The notes: generated by a model not told the origin, from the sequence alone. Counted from the first letter of the stretch, positions 1 to 17,034 are shown. The stretch: DNA of 64,000 nt from Lama guanicoe (GCA_013239625.1 MU054204.1:991537-1055536); one strand, 5' to 3'. Program-made: numbers and translations.

Positions 1-461
1 GTTCTGTGTGCCCTGTGTTGTAAAAACATTTTCACTTTTGCTGAGGTTCTAGGGGTTTGAATGGTTATGCTCCAATTTTTGTTGTAATTTTTTTCAGCAT
101 GTGATTCCCGTAATATGCAGTAGGGTAAATTTAGACCCACATCCATGTATGACATAGGCCTGGGATTTTATTTCTTCTGGTGGCTCCAGAGAGACAATAA
201 GGCTTACTTTCCAAAACGCTTTCTAATGAACAGAGAAGATACTAAAGGCTTTATCCAGAGGTTTTATTTCCAGCTTCTCTGCCTGTGGTGGACTTGAGGC
301 TGTGTTACCAGTATTCGCATGCACACTAGATTCCCAGCGCTGAGCCCCTAGCCCCTAGGGCCTCATATCTGGAACCAATACCACAAGCAGTTATCACTGT
401 GTCCATCCGTTTACAATTACTAGACTGCCTTTTTCTTTTTCTTCAGAGATTTGACTTTGTA

Positions 462-570
462 TTTTTTTTCTTTCTTTGAGGAGGAGGTAGTTAGGTTTAT
501 TTATTTTTAGGGGAGGTACTAGGGATCTAACGCAGGACCTCATGCATGCTAATGCACTCTACCACTTGAT
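462..570 (-). mobile_element. tRNA-derived camelid SINE (Vic-1-like)
   Basis: gaggtactagggatctaacgcaggacctcatgcatgctaatgcactctaccact; flanking repeat tgactttg. Confidence 0.8.
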
Positions 571-1174
571 GACTTTGCCCTTTTTTAAGCTCAGCTATAA
601 ATGAAAATTTTCGTTGTGATTTATCTAATGTTAATGTGTTTGTAGTTGAGGATGGGGAGTACTAGTCATGTCATCTTAGTGTGCTATATTGCCAGGAAAA
701 AAACTCTCACTTTATACATAGTATTTTGTGCTATATTGATACTTAGGCGTTTCCCCTTATCACTTCCATCCTCATAAATATGCACTTCTTTAAGTTTCAA
801 GGAAATTAAGTCCCCTTCAGGACCATCTAGATTAAGGGCACATCTGAGGCCAGGTCTCTGTAGCATGTTGGATCATTCTCCAGATATTCCACATAGGTAG
901 TTTAAATACCTCATTCCCCCAGGGTCTAAAGTTCCTTAGCAGAGTGATTGTCAACTTTAAAATATTCTAGTAGCAGAACTCTTTCTTCAAATATTACTTG
1001 GAACCCTCAAATATAAAATCAATCAGAGGGTAGTTGCTCTGGTTGAAGTGGGGTTGGGAGTTCCTGATCCTCACCAATTTGCCCTCCCTCTTCCTCCCCA
1101 AGGTGCACCCCAGGGCATCTTCATAGACTCCTTGGGCTCCAAGTACCATGGGATGAAAACAAATTGAATAGATC

Positions 1175-1612
1175 AGTGATTCTCAAAGTGTGGTCTCAAC
1201 TCTATATAAAATAGATAAACAACAAGGACCTACTGTATAGCACAGGGAACTATATTCAATATCTTGTAATAACATATAATGGAAAAGAATCTGAAAAGAA
1301 AAAAAGTATATATATGTATGTGTATGTGTAACTGAATCACTTTGCTGTACACCTGAAACTAACACTGTAAATCAATTACACTTCAATAAAAAATTTTTAA
1401 AAATACAGTATGAAACATAACAATATAAAAAAGTATGGTCCCAGAGCCAGAAGCATGAGCATCACCTGGGAATATGTTAGAAATGCAAATTCTCAAGCCC
1501 CCATTTCAGATCTACTACAATCAGAAACTCTGGGGTTGAGACCCCACAATCTGTGTGTTAATGAGCCCTCCAGGTGACTCTGATGCACGTTTTACGTTTG
1601 AGGACTTAACCA
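1175..1612. mobile_element. MER5A-like MITE interrupted by a + strand L1 3' fragment (~1196-1428)
   Basis: cagtgattctcaaagtgtggtc...agcatcacctgggaatatgttagaaatgcaaattctc...ccctccaggtgactctgatgc; L1 fragment flanked by aaagtgtggtc / aaagtatggtc. Confidence 0.8.
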
Positions 1613-3359
1613 CAATAGAGGACTTACTAGAATAGGGCTGGAATATTGCCCAAGGTTAAGATTTCTGGGTGCCTAAAGAAGCCCAGACTTATCTGGTAGG
1701 CTGTTTTCCATCCATTTTCTTGTACAGGAAGGAGATTATAGACCCTCTCGGGGTCTAACTTTGCAATGTCCTGGGTCCCTCTGAATTGATTTAATAAGTG
1801 AGAAATCACTAGGAAGAGTAGGGAATCCTCACTTTTAGTTCGTTTGACAGAAATAATGATGCTCCTCATATTTTTGCTTGACAACAGGACTTCAGATCTG
1901 AAGCTCATAAATGTTGAGCAAAAGAAGCCAGACACAGAAGTGTACATACTGAATAATTCCATGTAGAGAAGGCATTTAAAAAGGCCACACTGATCTACAG
2001 TGAAAGAAGTCAGGATAGGGAATACTCTTTGGGGTTATTGACTGAAAGGAAGCAGGAAGGGGGCCTGACTTATGGGTAATGTTCTAGTGTTTTATCTGGA
2101 TGCTGTTTCCTGAGATGTGTTCATTTTGTCGAAATTTGTGAAGTTGGACCCTGATGATATGTGCATTTCCTGTATATCTGATATGCTTCAAGACAAGAGT
2201 TGAAAAGTGGCAGTGGGTCACCTGCAGGGGAAGGTAGGTATGTAAATGACACACTGCTGTGGGTGCTGGGTTACATCCTCTCAGAGGACTAGGGCCTTTG
2301 CTTCTGGGTGTGAAATATACATTTGGTGCAGTTTCCTGGCACCAGGTGTTTTGCATTATGACAACTAATAGTATGGGGGCCACTCTGTGTTTCGATTGGA
2401 AAAGGCCTCTTGGTTGATGGCATCCCTGATCAGGACTGCCTGTGGATGGGGAAGAAGTGAGGCAGTGACCTAATGTGACCTGTAGGCCGGAGTAACTTTC
2501 AGCACCTGGTTATTCTGGGAAATGGGAAGTGGTAGGGTTCTGGGTTTCCAATCAGATTAAGCCAAGAAACCATGGAAAGCATGTGTAATGGGTGAAAGGT
2601 AAGTACCCCATTGTTTGCTCCCTCATTCTGAGCTCTATGGGTGGATAAGGCCCCCACTTGTGAGCCCCCAACTTTTGCCTCTGCCCTTCTGGGCTCAGTT
2701 CATAAATAAATCTCCATAAATCTACATATGAACTGAGTTGCCCTGGCCTTACCAGCCTGTGGAAATAGAGTCTCTGTTAAAAAAAATTAGCTGAAATTTC
2801 ACCAGCTCTTGCCCACATCTGCTCACCCAGGATTTCCAGCCCCCATGTAAAATAGCCCAATTATGTCTGCAAGTCCCCAGTAGGTCAGAAACCAATCTGT
2901 TTTGGGGCATCACCCAGGTTCTTCCTCACTTATCCTGTGCCCCATTTTGGTGTGCTGTGCCCGTGAATCTGCTTCGGGGCTGTTTACCCCATTCCTGCCA
3001 CCTTACTGCTGCAGTGCCCACCATGGGCATGTTGATGAAGGTGCCAAAGCTGCTACCTCCTGATCCCCTCTAAAGGCCCCAACCATAGAAATGCCCTCCC
3101 ATGTACCAGACATGCTGGAACATGCCTAAATTCCATTTGTGCTCCAGGTAACACATACCTGCTAAATACACGATGCCCTGGATTCCACCGTGATGTGATC
3201 TGAAAGCAAGCCCTGCTGCTGTTAACTCCATGGCTCAGCTTGGGGGTTGGTGAGTAGGGGCATAGGGCTGGGCTTGAATGGTACCCCTGTTGCTGAGGGA
3301 CAATGGTGTTTTCCCGACAGAGGAGGTGCGGGCTTCAGTCAGGAAGTGCCAGGCGCAGC

Positions 3360-3374
3360 TGCTCCCTCTGGTGG
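3360..3374 (-). promoter_or_regulatory. CTCF-like motif CCACCAGAGGGAGCA
   Basis: Close match to the CTCF core consensus; identical motif at 52807-52821. Confidence 0.65.
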
Positions 3375-3529
3375 TCTGTGCCTTCCACCAGTGGAGACAG
3401 TGAGGTCAGCTTCAGCCTTCTGGCGCCATTCACCTCTCCAAACTATGCCTGAGAGCAGGGTATTTAAAAGACAGTTTCTGTATCAGACAAACCTCAAAGG
3501 AGAAACCTTCTATTAAAAATGCTAATGCC

Positions 3530-3615
3530 GGGGGAGGGTATAGCTCAGTAGTAGAGCGTGTGCTTAGCATGCATGAGATCCTGGGTTCAATCTCCAATAC
3601 CTCCACTAATTTTTT
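3530..3615 (+). mobile_element. Vic-1-like SINE
   Basis: ggggagggtatagctcagtagtagagcg...ctgggttcaatc (A and B boxes); TSD aaaatgctaatgcc / aaaatactaatgcc. Confidence 0.9.
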
Positions 3616-3629
3616 AAAATACTAATGCC

Positions 3630-3940
3630 ATACAAGATGCAGACAGGTTGTGGAAATATTCCTGATTAAAGGAGGCTAAAGAGACATGACAGCTCAAAGC
3701 TCACCCAGGACCAGATCCTGTGATGAAGAGGGAAAATGTGATAAAGGACACTATTGGGCCGCCAGACAAAACTGGAGTACAAATGGTAGATTAGATAATA
3801 GCGTTGCATCAATGTTAAATTTACTGAAGCTGTTAACCCTGCTGTGATATAGGGACTATGCCTCTTTAGGAAGCGTGCCGTGAAGTACTTAGGCATGAAG
3901 GGCCATGATGTAATTGACCCTTGCTTGGTACGCGTGCGCC

Positions 3941-3972
<32 letters not shown>

Positions 3973-4125
3973 AGGGCATCCATGCAAACGATAAAGCAAA
4001 ATAGCGTGAGAGGTTAGCAATAGGTAAATCTGAGAAAGGGTATATAGATGTTCTTTATACTATTTGTATTTTTGAAACTTTCCTGTAAGTTAGAGATTAT
4101 TCCCAAAGAAAAACGATTTCAAAAT
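3630..4125 (+). mobile_element. Old L1M 3' UTR fragment containing a (CA)n microsatellite (~3942-3967)
   Basis: ccagattaaaggag..aaagagacatgac...gcatcaatgttaaattt...ttctttatactatt...aactttcctgtaagtt pattern. Confidence 0.65.
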
Positions 4126-5319
4126 GTAAGACAGTGTCTGTGCAAACAGGCAGGATCTGGTGTCGCATGCCTGACTGAACGCTTCCCATGGCAGAGACGA
4201 GGAAGAAGGACACGGCTGTCTTCCCAGGCAGGGCTCCCACACATCGCAAAGGGGAGTCAGACACCTGCATGAAGGTGCCAAGTGGCATCCGAGGCCACTC
4301 ATCTCTTCCTCTCCCACCTCCTACAAGATTTCAAAAACCACCCTTTTTCCATTTTCTCCTGAGGATTATGAGTCCTGAGTGGTGATGAAAATTTGGTTGT
4401 GAAAGGAAGGTGTATTGGTTCATTCATCCACCAGAACATGTTTTGAATATGTGCCAGGAACGGTGCTAGGGGTCCAGAACACAGCCCAGGGTACGAGAGG
4501 AGACCTCCGCCCCAAAACTGCCTCTGAGCTAGTTGGGGATGTATCCACAACTGAATAAGTAAATATCTATTTCCAAAGGAGTTGACCATGAAGTGGACTT
4601 GCGGAGCCCTGGGAGAACCCAGCCTTTTACCAGAGCCAGTGGATCCAAGCCCCATGGGTCTGAAACATTCAGTCCCACCCTGCCCCCACCAGGATTTTCT
4701 AGATAATGGGTACCTTTCTAACTGATGCTGAGAAGAAAAAGAGGACCCACCAGCCCTTAACCCATCCTGGGCACATCCCATCTGTCTTGGCTTAGCCCTC
4801 TGCAGGCTGCTCTTTCCCATGTGAGGCCAATGTGCCACTCCATCACTATCCCCGGGCTGATGGACCAGTGAGCTTTGGAATAGTCTTTCTTGTGATCTAT
4901 GCCTGTAGGTGAACGGAGCAGCTATGCTCATAATGCTTTTGGAGGGCAAAGACCACTGATACCCTTCACATGGAAGCCAGGCAGCCTACGGGCCCCGAGT
5001 CCCACCCCTGGGGTGCTGAGTCATGATAACAACACGTCTTCCAAATGGACAGAATAATGACACTGGGGGCCAGCTGTGGTTCCCCCCTCCCCCATCCAGG
5101 GTGTGGCACCGATGCCTTGTACACAGAGACAATAGTGGAGTCCACTGCCTTGGGGCCCCAAGTCGACACTACTGGAGAGGGAATTATAAGAGTGGGTGTG
5201 GGTGTGTGTGTCTGTGTGATTGCATGTGATACGCATGTCCTGTCCATGGATCTTGGGTAGGACTGACCCTCACCTCTGATGCATTCTGGTCCTGGTCCAA
5301 AGAAGTTTCAGATCCAACA

Positions 5320-5490
5320 AACGTTTACTGAGCCCCTACAAAGTTCCAAGCCTTTTACTTTATACTTTGACACATTTTATATCATTTAATCTTTAACAAT
5401 AACCCTTTAAGGTAGGAATTATCTGCATTGTACAGATGAGAAAACAATCGCAAAGAGGTTCATTGATTTGCTCAAGTATATCATACAGCT
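5320..5490. mobile_element. MIR fragment, ending at a T/(TTTTG)n tract (5490-5524)
   Basis: atcatttaatcttt...aaggtagg...ttgtacagatgagaaaac...gaggtt...ttgctcaag...catacagct. Confidence 0.65.
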
Positions 5491-5675
5491 TTTTTTTTGT
5501 TTTGTTTTGTTTTGTTTTGTTTTAAACACTCACACACTATCCTCTTAATTGAGGCCTGTCTGTGTTGGTTGCTTATCTTACAGTGTTTCTTGTCTTCTCT
5601 ACCTTTGGAGCATCTGCTCCCCTTATACAAGCCCCCTTCTCTCTTGTTTCACGAGCCCACATGGGCTCTTCTTTG

Positions 5676-5693
5676 TTTAATACTGCATTTAAT
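5676..5693 (-). terminator. Candidate USP27X polyadenylation signals (two ATTAAA)
   Basis: tttaat at 5676-5681 and 5688-5693 on the + strand, ~550 nt downstream of the stop codon. Confidence 0.45.
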
Positions 5694-6245
5694 AGCACAA
5701 AAAATCACAAATACAAAGAAACTGGCAAAGGTGTTTGTCAATGAGATATCCCTGCCTCCTCCACTTTCCCACTTTCATACCCATACATGTAATGGGCTGC
5801 ACTTGTAGAAACTGTTCTTTCCCCCCACAAACATATAACTGTTATGTGATTGGTCAGTTGAAGCTGAAACACCCATGGAGAAAGATGTTTTACGGTTACA
5901 AGGGTACACACCCCCCCACACCACCCCCCTCCCACCCCACACTTTCCCCACACAATCTTTTGGAGGAATATAGGAATATGTACCAGTGTCAAGATTTCCC
6001 TGCTTCTGCCTTCCCCACCCAGAGCATTCCTGCCATTTAATTTTCATTTAAGTGACGGCTTAGACTAGAGCCTCTTCTCCCGCCCCTTCTATTTCTCTTG
6101 CAATCAGGACCTTTTTAGACACTGGAAACTGTTCAATTCTTACTCTGTCAGGCCCATGGGCCATGCAAGTAGGTCCTTTAGATCTCGATGCCAGTTGTGG
6201 TAAGGGTGCTGTCATCTTCCACTACAGGTAGGTCTGTGTGTCGCT

Positions 6246-9800
<3,555 letters not shown>

Positions 9801-10932
9801 GAGCGTGTTCCACGAGGAATCTGGTCCCTGAGTCCCGGTGATGGCTGGCCTTGGCCCAGTACACAGGGCCCTGCCTGTGGGAGTGTGCTGCCTGACTATA
9901 TTGTGATGGAGTTCTCCTTGGTTAGCACAGGACATCACCCCTCCGCCTGGCCACTTCCTCTGGGGAAGTGGGGGGGGGTGCCTAGGCCTCCTGGGGTGAG
10001 CAGCAGGAGTTGGTTGTCGAGAATTGGGAGCTCTTAAGGTGGCTAAAATGCTAGTTCCCATACACCTGAGGTCCCCAGAGCTGCCCTGGTGCCTACTGTT
10101 CCTTCCTTGAAGCACCCCAGCATCTTTCCAATAAATGCCTGCCCTTTGTGACCTGTAACCAGAGGAACTGCAACTAGGGCACCCGCTGAAGGAGTCCTGC
10201 TCCTGCGAGGGGTGGGGAGGCAGGGGGAGCACAGGAGATACTCTCATCCCACCTCCAAGGAGTAACAGACATCAAAGAGACCTAAGGATCTCAGTATACC
10301 CGGGACTATCTACCACTGAAGACTAACCATGGCAAACTGGACTGCCTTACTGATCAACTTCCTGCAAAAGCCCCCACATCCAGCATGTAATGGAAGTGAA
10401 GGGGAGGGGTCTGCCATCATTCACTCCACAAATGTCTGTTCAGCCACCAACCTAGAGCCAGGCGTTATACCAGGAGCTGTGGACCCAGCTCTGAACCAAA
10501 CAGACTCACCCCAGGACCAGAATCAGGGCTGGCTTCCACAAAAGGCAGACTGAGGAAGTGTCTAGGTCACTAGCAGAGAAGATACACCAAAAACAAAAGA
10601 ATCCAAAAAAAATCAGAAGCAATATGACATTTGATTTTTTAAAAGCAGTCCTTATGGGAAAAGTCTGAATTTTATTGTACTTTCTTACATTCCTTTCCTG
10701 ATTGCATGTTGCTTTTGTTCTGAATCACGTGCTGAGGGTTGGGGTTGGCGGTGGGGGTGTCAGCATAATCATTTTGTTGCTTCGTGCTTGTATGGGTCTG
10801 GATTCAGTCCTGGGCGAATGGCACTGCCTCTGTCTCACAAAGACCTGACTGAGGGTTAGCTGAGGGAGCTGACCTAAGGAGAGACCCCCTCCTCATTGCA
10901 GCCGCGGGGCAGGGGGTTGGATACAACTCTGA

Positions 10933-10945
10933 CCACAAGATGGCA
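10933..10945 (+). promoter_or_regulatory. CTCF-like motif CCACAAGATGGCA
   Basis: Consensus match only. Confidence 0.45.
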
Positions 10946-11599
10946 AAATCGTCAGTGACGCTCCCTCCGATATTTGTTTTATATGTTTATGTAAAACTAT
11001 TGGTTTATATCAAAATGCTCTCTAAAAATATTTTCTTTGATGTTGTGCTCCTTCACACGTCTTGAGGTTCACATCTAAAATTTTGCATCCAAAATGTCAG
11101 GCTGCAAAGAAAGTGATTTCTGACAAATATTAACAGTCACGAACAAAACGTCACGGCTTTACGTGAAAGCAGTGAAACCTAAATATGTTAGTGATTTGAG
11201 AGCAGCCACCGTCATCTGTTTTAAAAATTCTTCTTTGATAGTGGGAAGTTGTACATTTTCCCTTTTCTGCTTGAGTTCTCAATTCCATTTTATTCTTCTA
11301 ACAGAATTTTATCCGAATAATATACATTTTTGCACTTGAAATGATTTTATTGATTATCGGATTGTATTTCCCTGCAGCAAAAAAGGTACATATTATTCTG
11401 TTTAAATGCTTTTAAATCATTCCTGTGATCCTAAAGCTCTAAGTGTTGTTTAAAATTTTTACTCTTGCTTGAGTTATCATGACAATTAGTATTGGAATAC
11501 AAGGGATCAAAAAATTGTGAACATATTATAAATTTTGATGGGTAATTATTAAACACAAAAACAAAAATGTACTAGAGATAGATAAGTCTTTTTTACAAA

Positions 11600-12100
11600 A
11601 GGTTAGGGGGTGTATCCATAGATAAATATTGCTTGTTTTTAGAATGAGACAGGATTCAGCATCAATTCTCTTCCTACTTTTTTGAGGAAACATTAGCACA
11701 CAGAAACCTCATTTATAAAAATAAGTAAATGGGAATGGACATTTTGTTTTAGCAATGCCACTCAAGTATTTGAATTCTTTTGGAGATATATGGGGGTGAT
11801 TATACAATGATTTATCTTCAAAATTATTTCTCATGATTGATCAGCTGACAGTTTCATTGGGTTCTCCTTCAATTTTACTGGAAGCCATCTGAGTTGCAAA
11901 AGGATTTCATACGGATTCATTCGTTAGAGCAATTTGTTCCTTCACCATTGACAGCAGTGTTTGGAACTGTCTCCCTGGTACACTGAGGATTTTACACCAC
12001 GGGGCAGTGCACCCAGGTAACATTCAGGATGGTTCAAAGATATGCATTTCTTTTATAAAGTGCAAAAAGGATTTTTGTGAAAAGGGTGTTGGGAAAAGAG
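11600..12100 (-). mobile_element. Decayed Charlie-type hAT transposase C-terminus
   Basis: Minus-strand translation ~11640-11900 gives EFKYLSGIAKTKCPFPFTYFYK*GFCVLMFPQKSRKRIDAESCLIL, resembling the hAT dimerisation motif LLPFxxTYLCExGFSxLxxxKxKxRxRLDxE. Confidence 0.6.
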
Positions 12101-12322
12101 AAACAGCTTGATTCCTCCACTGCTAGTGTGTTCTCTGGCAGATGAATTTTAGGAAATATGAAAATGAAATTTGAGGATGTCGAAATTGATCCCCTGAAAA
12201 CTCTAAGTGCTTATTTACCCCCGTGGAAAGTCTTACTATACCCCCAGAGTAATGCACACTCCATATTTAAGGTTGCTGGTTTATATTTATTATTGTAAAA
12301 ATAATATGTACAATATTTGTAG

Positions 12323-12455
12323 ATTTTTAAAATTTTTTTTATTGAAGGGGTAGATAATTAGGTTTATTTATTTTTAGAGGAGGTACTGGGGATTGAACCT
12401 CAGACCTCGTGCATGCTAAGCATGCACTCTACCACGTGAACTATACCCTCCCTCT
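12323..12455 (-). mobile_element. Vic-1-like SINE
   Basis: gaggtactggggattgaacc...ctataccctcc; TSD aatatttgtag. Confidence 0.9.
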
Positions 12456-13959
12456 AATATTTGTAGTTTTAAAAAAAGGTATAAAAGACGGCATAACATG
12501 AAAAGTTAAAGCCCTTTTCTCCTCTGCCTGTCACACCCAGTTCTATTCCCCTGAAATAACCACTTTCAACAGTTTCTAATGCATCCTTTGAGAAATTTTC
12601 TCTGCAAATACAAGCATGTTCTAATACATTTATCCTTTTATGAAATATAAATGAGATGGTAATAAACATATGTATCAACAACTTAGCACTATATACTGGA
12701 CATCAGGCAGTGCTCTCCAAGTTGATCTACACAACCAATGCAGTGCCAATAAAAATTTCAATGAGTTTTTTGGAGAAGACTTTTACAAAGTTAGTAAGGA
12801 AGAATAAGAGGCATTTCCCCCCTTCCTCATTTCTCCTTCTTCCTCCTAGAAACGAGGATTTAATGGCTATAGCTGAGTAGCCACCTTGCAACCAAAAAAC
12901 CGATTATTTCTGGCCCTGTTCTTACATGACAAAGAAAAAATACCAACTCTTAAGAGGTATATCTCTTTATGCTTCAACATCTCTGAAATATTTGAATGAC
13001 AACTTGTGATGATATTTATCAGCATTTTTCCCTCTTTCTTGGTACATAAAATAATGGCGTGTCCTAGAATCAATCAATATAACACTGGAAATATCATCCT
13101 ATTTAAGTCTTTGTTATTTGGATCCTGTTATGTGTAGCTGAATACAATTGCTAAGTGATAGCAGGCTTACAATTTCACTCCTGGTGAAGTCCCAAGTCCT
13201 TATCTTGGCCTTTAAAGCCCTGCAGAATCTGGCCTCAGTCTTTTAGACTTCACTTCCTATCAACTTAGCCTTGCCTCAAACAAACTAGATTTACTGCTGT
13301 TCCTTGACTAAGCTAAGCTGGCTTCTGCTTCCAAGCCTATGCCCTGATTGTTCCCTCTGCTTGGGAAGTGCTTCTCCTTGAAATCCTCATAGCTTTCTCC
13401 CTCATTTCTTTTTTTTTAAATTATTTTTATTGGAGTACCGTCAGTTACAATGTGTCAATTTCTGGTGTACAGCACAATGTCCCAGTCATGCATATAACAC
13501 ATATATTCGTTTTCAAATTTCTCCCTCACTTCTTCTGATCACTGCTTAAATATCACCTTATCTCAACATCCTTCCTTGACCTCTATATATAATGATTCTC
13601 CATCCTTGCTTTATTTTTCTTCAAACACTATTATCACATGATGTATTAAATATTACACACACAAACAATTACTATCATGTAAACACCCTGAGAGTACAAT
13701 GTTCATTATTCTATTCCCAATGCCTCTTTGGCACTTTATACATATTTAAATATTTGTGAAATCAACAAATTCATGCTTTTCATCACAAGTGAAGTCAACC
13801 ATATTTTCATGTTTATTGATTATTTTGTATTACCTTTTTTGTGAATGACGTGTTCACATCCTTTGCCTATTTTTCTTTTGGCTTCTTATTAACCATAGTA
13901 ATAAGTCAAACTTAAATGGCACCTGAAGTATACCGAGAGTCATTCTATTAAATTACTTA

Positions 13960-14140
13960 ACCGTCACCACAATATTAAGAAGTAGGTGTTGTTATAATCC
14001 CCGTTTTACAGATGAGGAAACTGAGGCATAGAGAGATTGAGTGAAATCCAAGGTCACACAGCTGATAAATGATGGACCTGAGATTCAAACCCAGCAGTCG
14101 GAGTCTAGAGTTTGGACTCCTAACTCCTAAGGCACTATTA
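13960..14140. mobile_element. MIR
   Basis: MIR core ttttacagatgaggaaactgaggcatagagag...caaggtcacacagctg. Confidence 0.85.
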
Positions 14141-15514
14141 GCCCTGCATCTGTCATATTCTAGTGTCTATTTTCTCATTTATCTTTTGACAATTATACTT
14201 TATTTCATTTTTTCATCATATGCTGCTTAAGATTATTATGTAGTCAAGATTCACAAACTTTTCTTTATGGATTCTGGATTTTCGTAGGGTTTTTGTTGTC
14301 TTGTTTATTTATAAAAATGCAGAGCAAGTGCAAAGGTCCAGAGGCAAAAAAAAAAAAAAAGCTTGATGATCTTAAGAAATGAAAATGTGGCCAGAATGAC
14401 TTGAATTTGGTGACCAAGAAGGAGAGTGGTACAAGATGAGGGTGAGGATAGCGTTATAGGCAGGGACCAGATCCCTGGAGACTTACAGACCATTGTATAG
14501 GATTTGAATATTATCCCAATTGTGATGGGAATCATTTAGGGGGAGGTTAGCAAGGGAATGACATAATTGATTATTTATATACAATAATTATAATCCAATA
14601 ATAGTAAAATAACTAACATTTATTGATTGCTTATGACACACCAGGCACTATTTTCTAAGTACTTTAACAAGTTGTTTAAACCTCATAATACTTTGATGAG
14701 ATAGGTCCCAATATTATTTTTCACATACAAATGAAACTGAGCCACAAAAGCATTAATACACTGAATCTGCTTATGCTTACTCTCTGCTTCTATACCTGTT
14801 CCCATTCAGAATATACCTGCTATTGACAATGAGATATCTGACACCTACTTGGTCCAGGCCCCTGATGTCCCACTAGTGATCTGCAAGTCTTTACTAGGAA
14901 ATGAATGGCAAGTCCACTCAGCACTAAGGCCCTTAGGTCTGAGAGCTGGTCAGATGGGCTCTTTGCATCCCATTTGGACCATGCCAAGCAGCCCTAAGCT
15001 CAAGAATAGCCAGCCTCCTGGCCCATTCATGATGACCAAGGTAGCCAGTTCAGCAGCCATGCTTCTTTTATTTGGCCGGGGGGGGTGGTAAACAAAGTTT
15101 ATTCTAGGAAGAGCAACTCATTAAGAGATAAAACCATTTTAAAATTTACGTATATGTACTGTTCATTGTTTCTAAGAACGGATTAGAGCTTTAGCTTTTT
15201 AAACTTACATATTTATCAAAGGAATAAAACCAACCACAAAATAAGAACCAACAGAATGCAGTAATCTAATGATAAAAGACAGTCAAATGTGCTTACACAT
15301 ATTCAAGAAATTAATCATCTAAGTTATAAATAATAAGTAGTTCATTTGTGTCCTTGTGTCCTTTTTTTTTTTAGATTCCACATATAAGTGATATCATGTG
15401 GTATTTTTCTTTCTCTTTCTGGCTTAGAATGACGATCTCCAGGTCCATCCATGTTACTGCAAATGGCATTATTTTATTCTTTTTTATGGCTGAGTAGTAT
15501 TCCAATATTTTGTG

Positions 15515-15551
<37 letters not shown>

Positions 15552-17034
15552 CCACAACTTCTTTATCCAGTCATCTGTTGATCAGCAGCCCTACTTCTCA
15601 CTGCAGCAAGACAAGGACTTGCACCCTGCATTCCTGGAGTCATACTAGCAACCAGGGAACTGACTGATGGGCTCATCAGGATCCACCATGGGCTTCCAGA
15701 AGATGCAAGCCTTACAGAAAGAAGCAGTAGGCCCAGGGGTGTGGAAGGGGGCAGCTACTTGAGGTCAAGTCCTCCTTCAAGCACACGTCTAGCTCTGGGT
15801 AGCCTGCATCCGTGTGATTCCAATGGCCCAGGCCATTTTCTGGCTGAAAGAAATGAAAGGCTCACAGAGAGAGCAAAGTCAGGCTTGTGAGGGATGGCAG
15901 CAAAGATGTAGGTTATACTGCATCATATCCTAACCAGCCATTTTCTTGGCTTTCACCACATATTGGTTGCAGTAGTGTGTTTCTTAGCATCCCTCAGTCT
16001 TCAGCAATTCTGATTATACCTCTGTAGACTGCTGCCCCATTTGACCTATACTTTTGATTCCTTACAACATCTGTCCAACCACCTATCTTCCCTCTGCCTT
16101 TTAGGAAAACACTGGAATCCCCAAATCTGTGTCCAGTGCTGGAGACTGGCCCTATGCAGTATAGCACGGCCCTGGGCCTGAGCTGAGACAGAGATAGAAT
16201 GAAGGACATATTTTCCCATTTTACTCACCAAAGTGTGGAATCTGACTTCTTGTGCTTGTCCTAAATGTCTCTTTCAAGTCTGAAGAGGGGGAAGGGTCAA
16301 TCTTGGGATATTGTACCAAAACTGGTAGTTAAAAATCTTACTCATGCTTTCTACTCTTCTTCAGAATCTGATTCTTGTTTTTATTTTTTTAATTCTTATT
16401 TTATTTTATTCACTTTTATTGGAATATATTTGACATACCACATGGTGTAAATTTAAGGTGTACAACATGTTGATTTGATACATTTATATATGGTAATATG
16501 ACTGCCATTGTAAAGAGAGTTAGCACCTCTATCATATTACATAATTATCACTTCTTTCTTGTGATCGGAATAATTAAGATCTAGTCTCTTAGCAAGTTTG
16601 ATGATTATAATACAATATTGTTGTCTGTATTCACTACACTATGCATTATTAGATCTCCAAGATTTACTTATCTCCTAGTTGCAAGGAAATGTTATTCCTT
16701 GTAAAAACCACAGAAAGAAATACAGGCAAAATTACATAACCTCAATAGAGGGAAATTTAGCAATGTCTAAAAAGATTACGTATGCCCTCACTATTTGACT
16801 CAGTAGTCCCACTTCTAGGAATCTAACCCAAAGATACACCAGCAAAAGTATGAAATGACGTATGCACAAGGCCATTCACTGCAACACTATGCTTAATAAC
16901 AAAAGACTGGGAAAAAACAAAAGTCTACCACTAGTGGACCAGTTGAATAAATAATAGTGGAGCCATAATATGGAAAGCTGGGGAAATTTTTTAAATAAAA
17001 TAAAATGGAATAATACAGAATGAGATAGATTTCT

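Noticed and set aside
3530..3605. tRNA gene calls for A/B-box elements
   Set aside because: About eleven diverged copies with A-rich tails and mostly clear TSDs; these are SINEs.
4299..4949. 216-aa minus-strand ORF downstream of USP27X
   Set aside because: Non-ATG start, no recognisable domain and no splice support.
14850..15900. Possible processed pseudogene fragments around an L1 piece
   Set aside because: The composition looks coding-like, but I could not recognise any parent protein; needs BLASTX.
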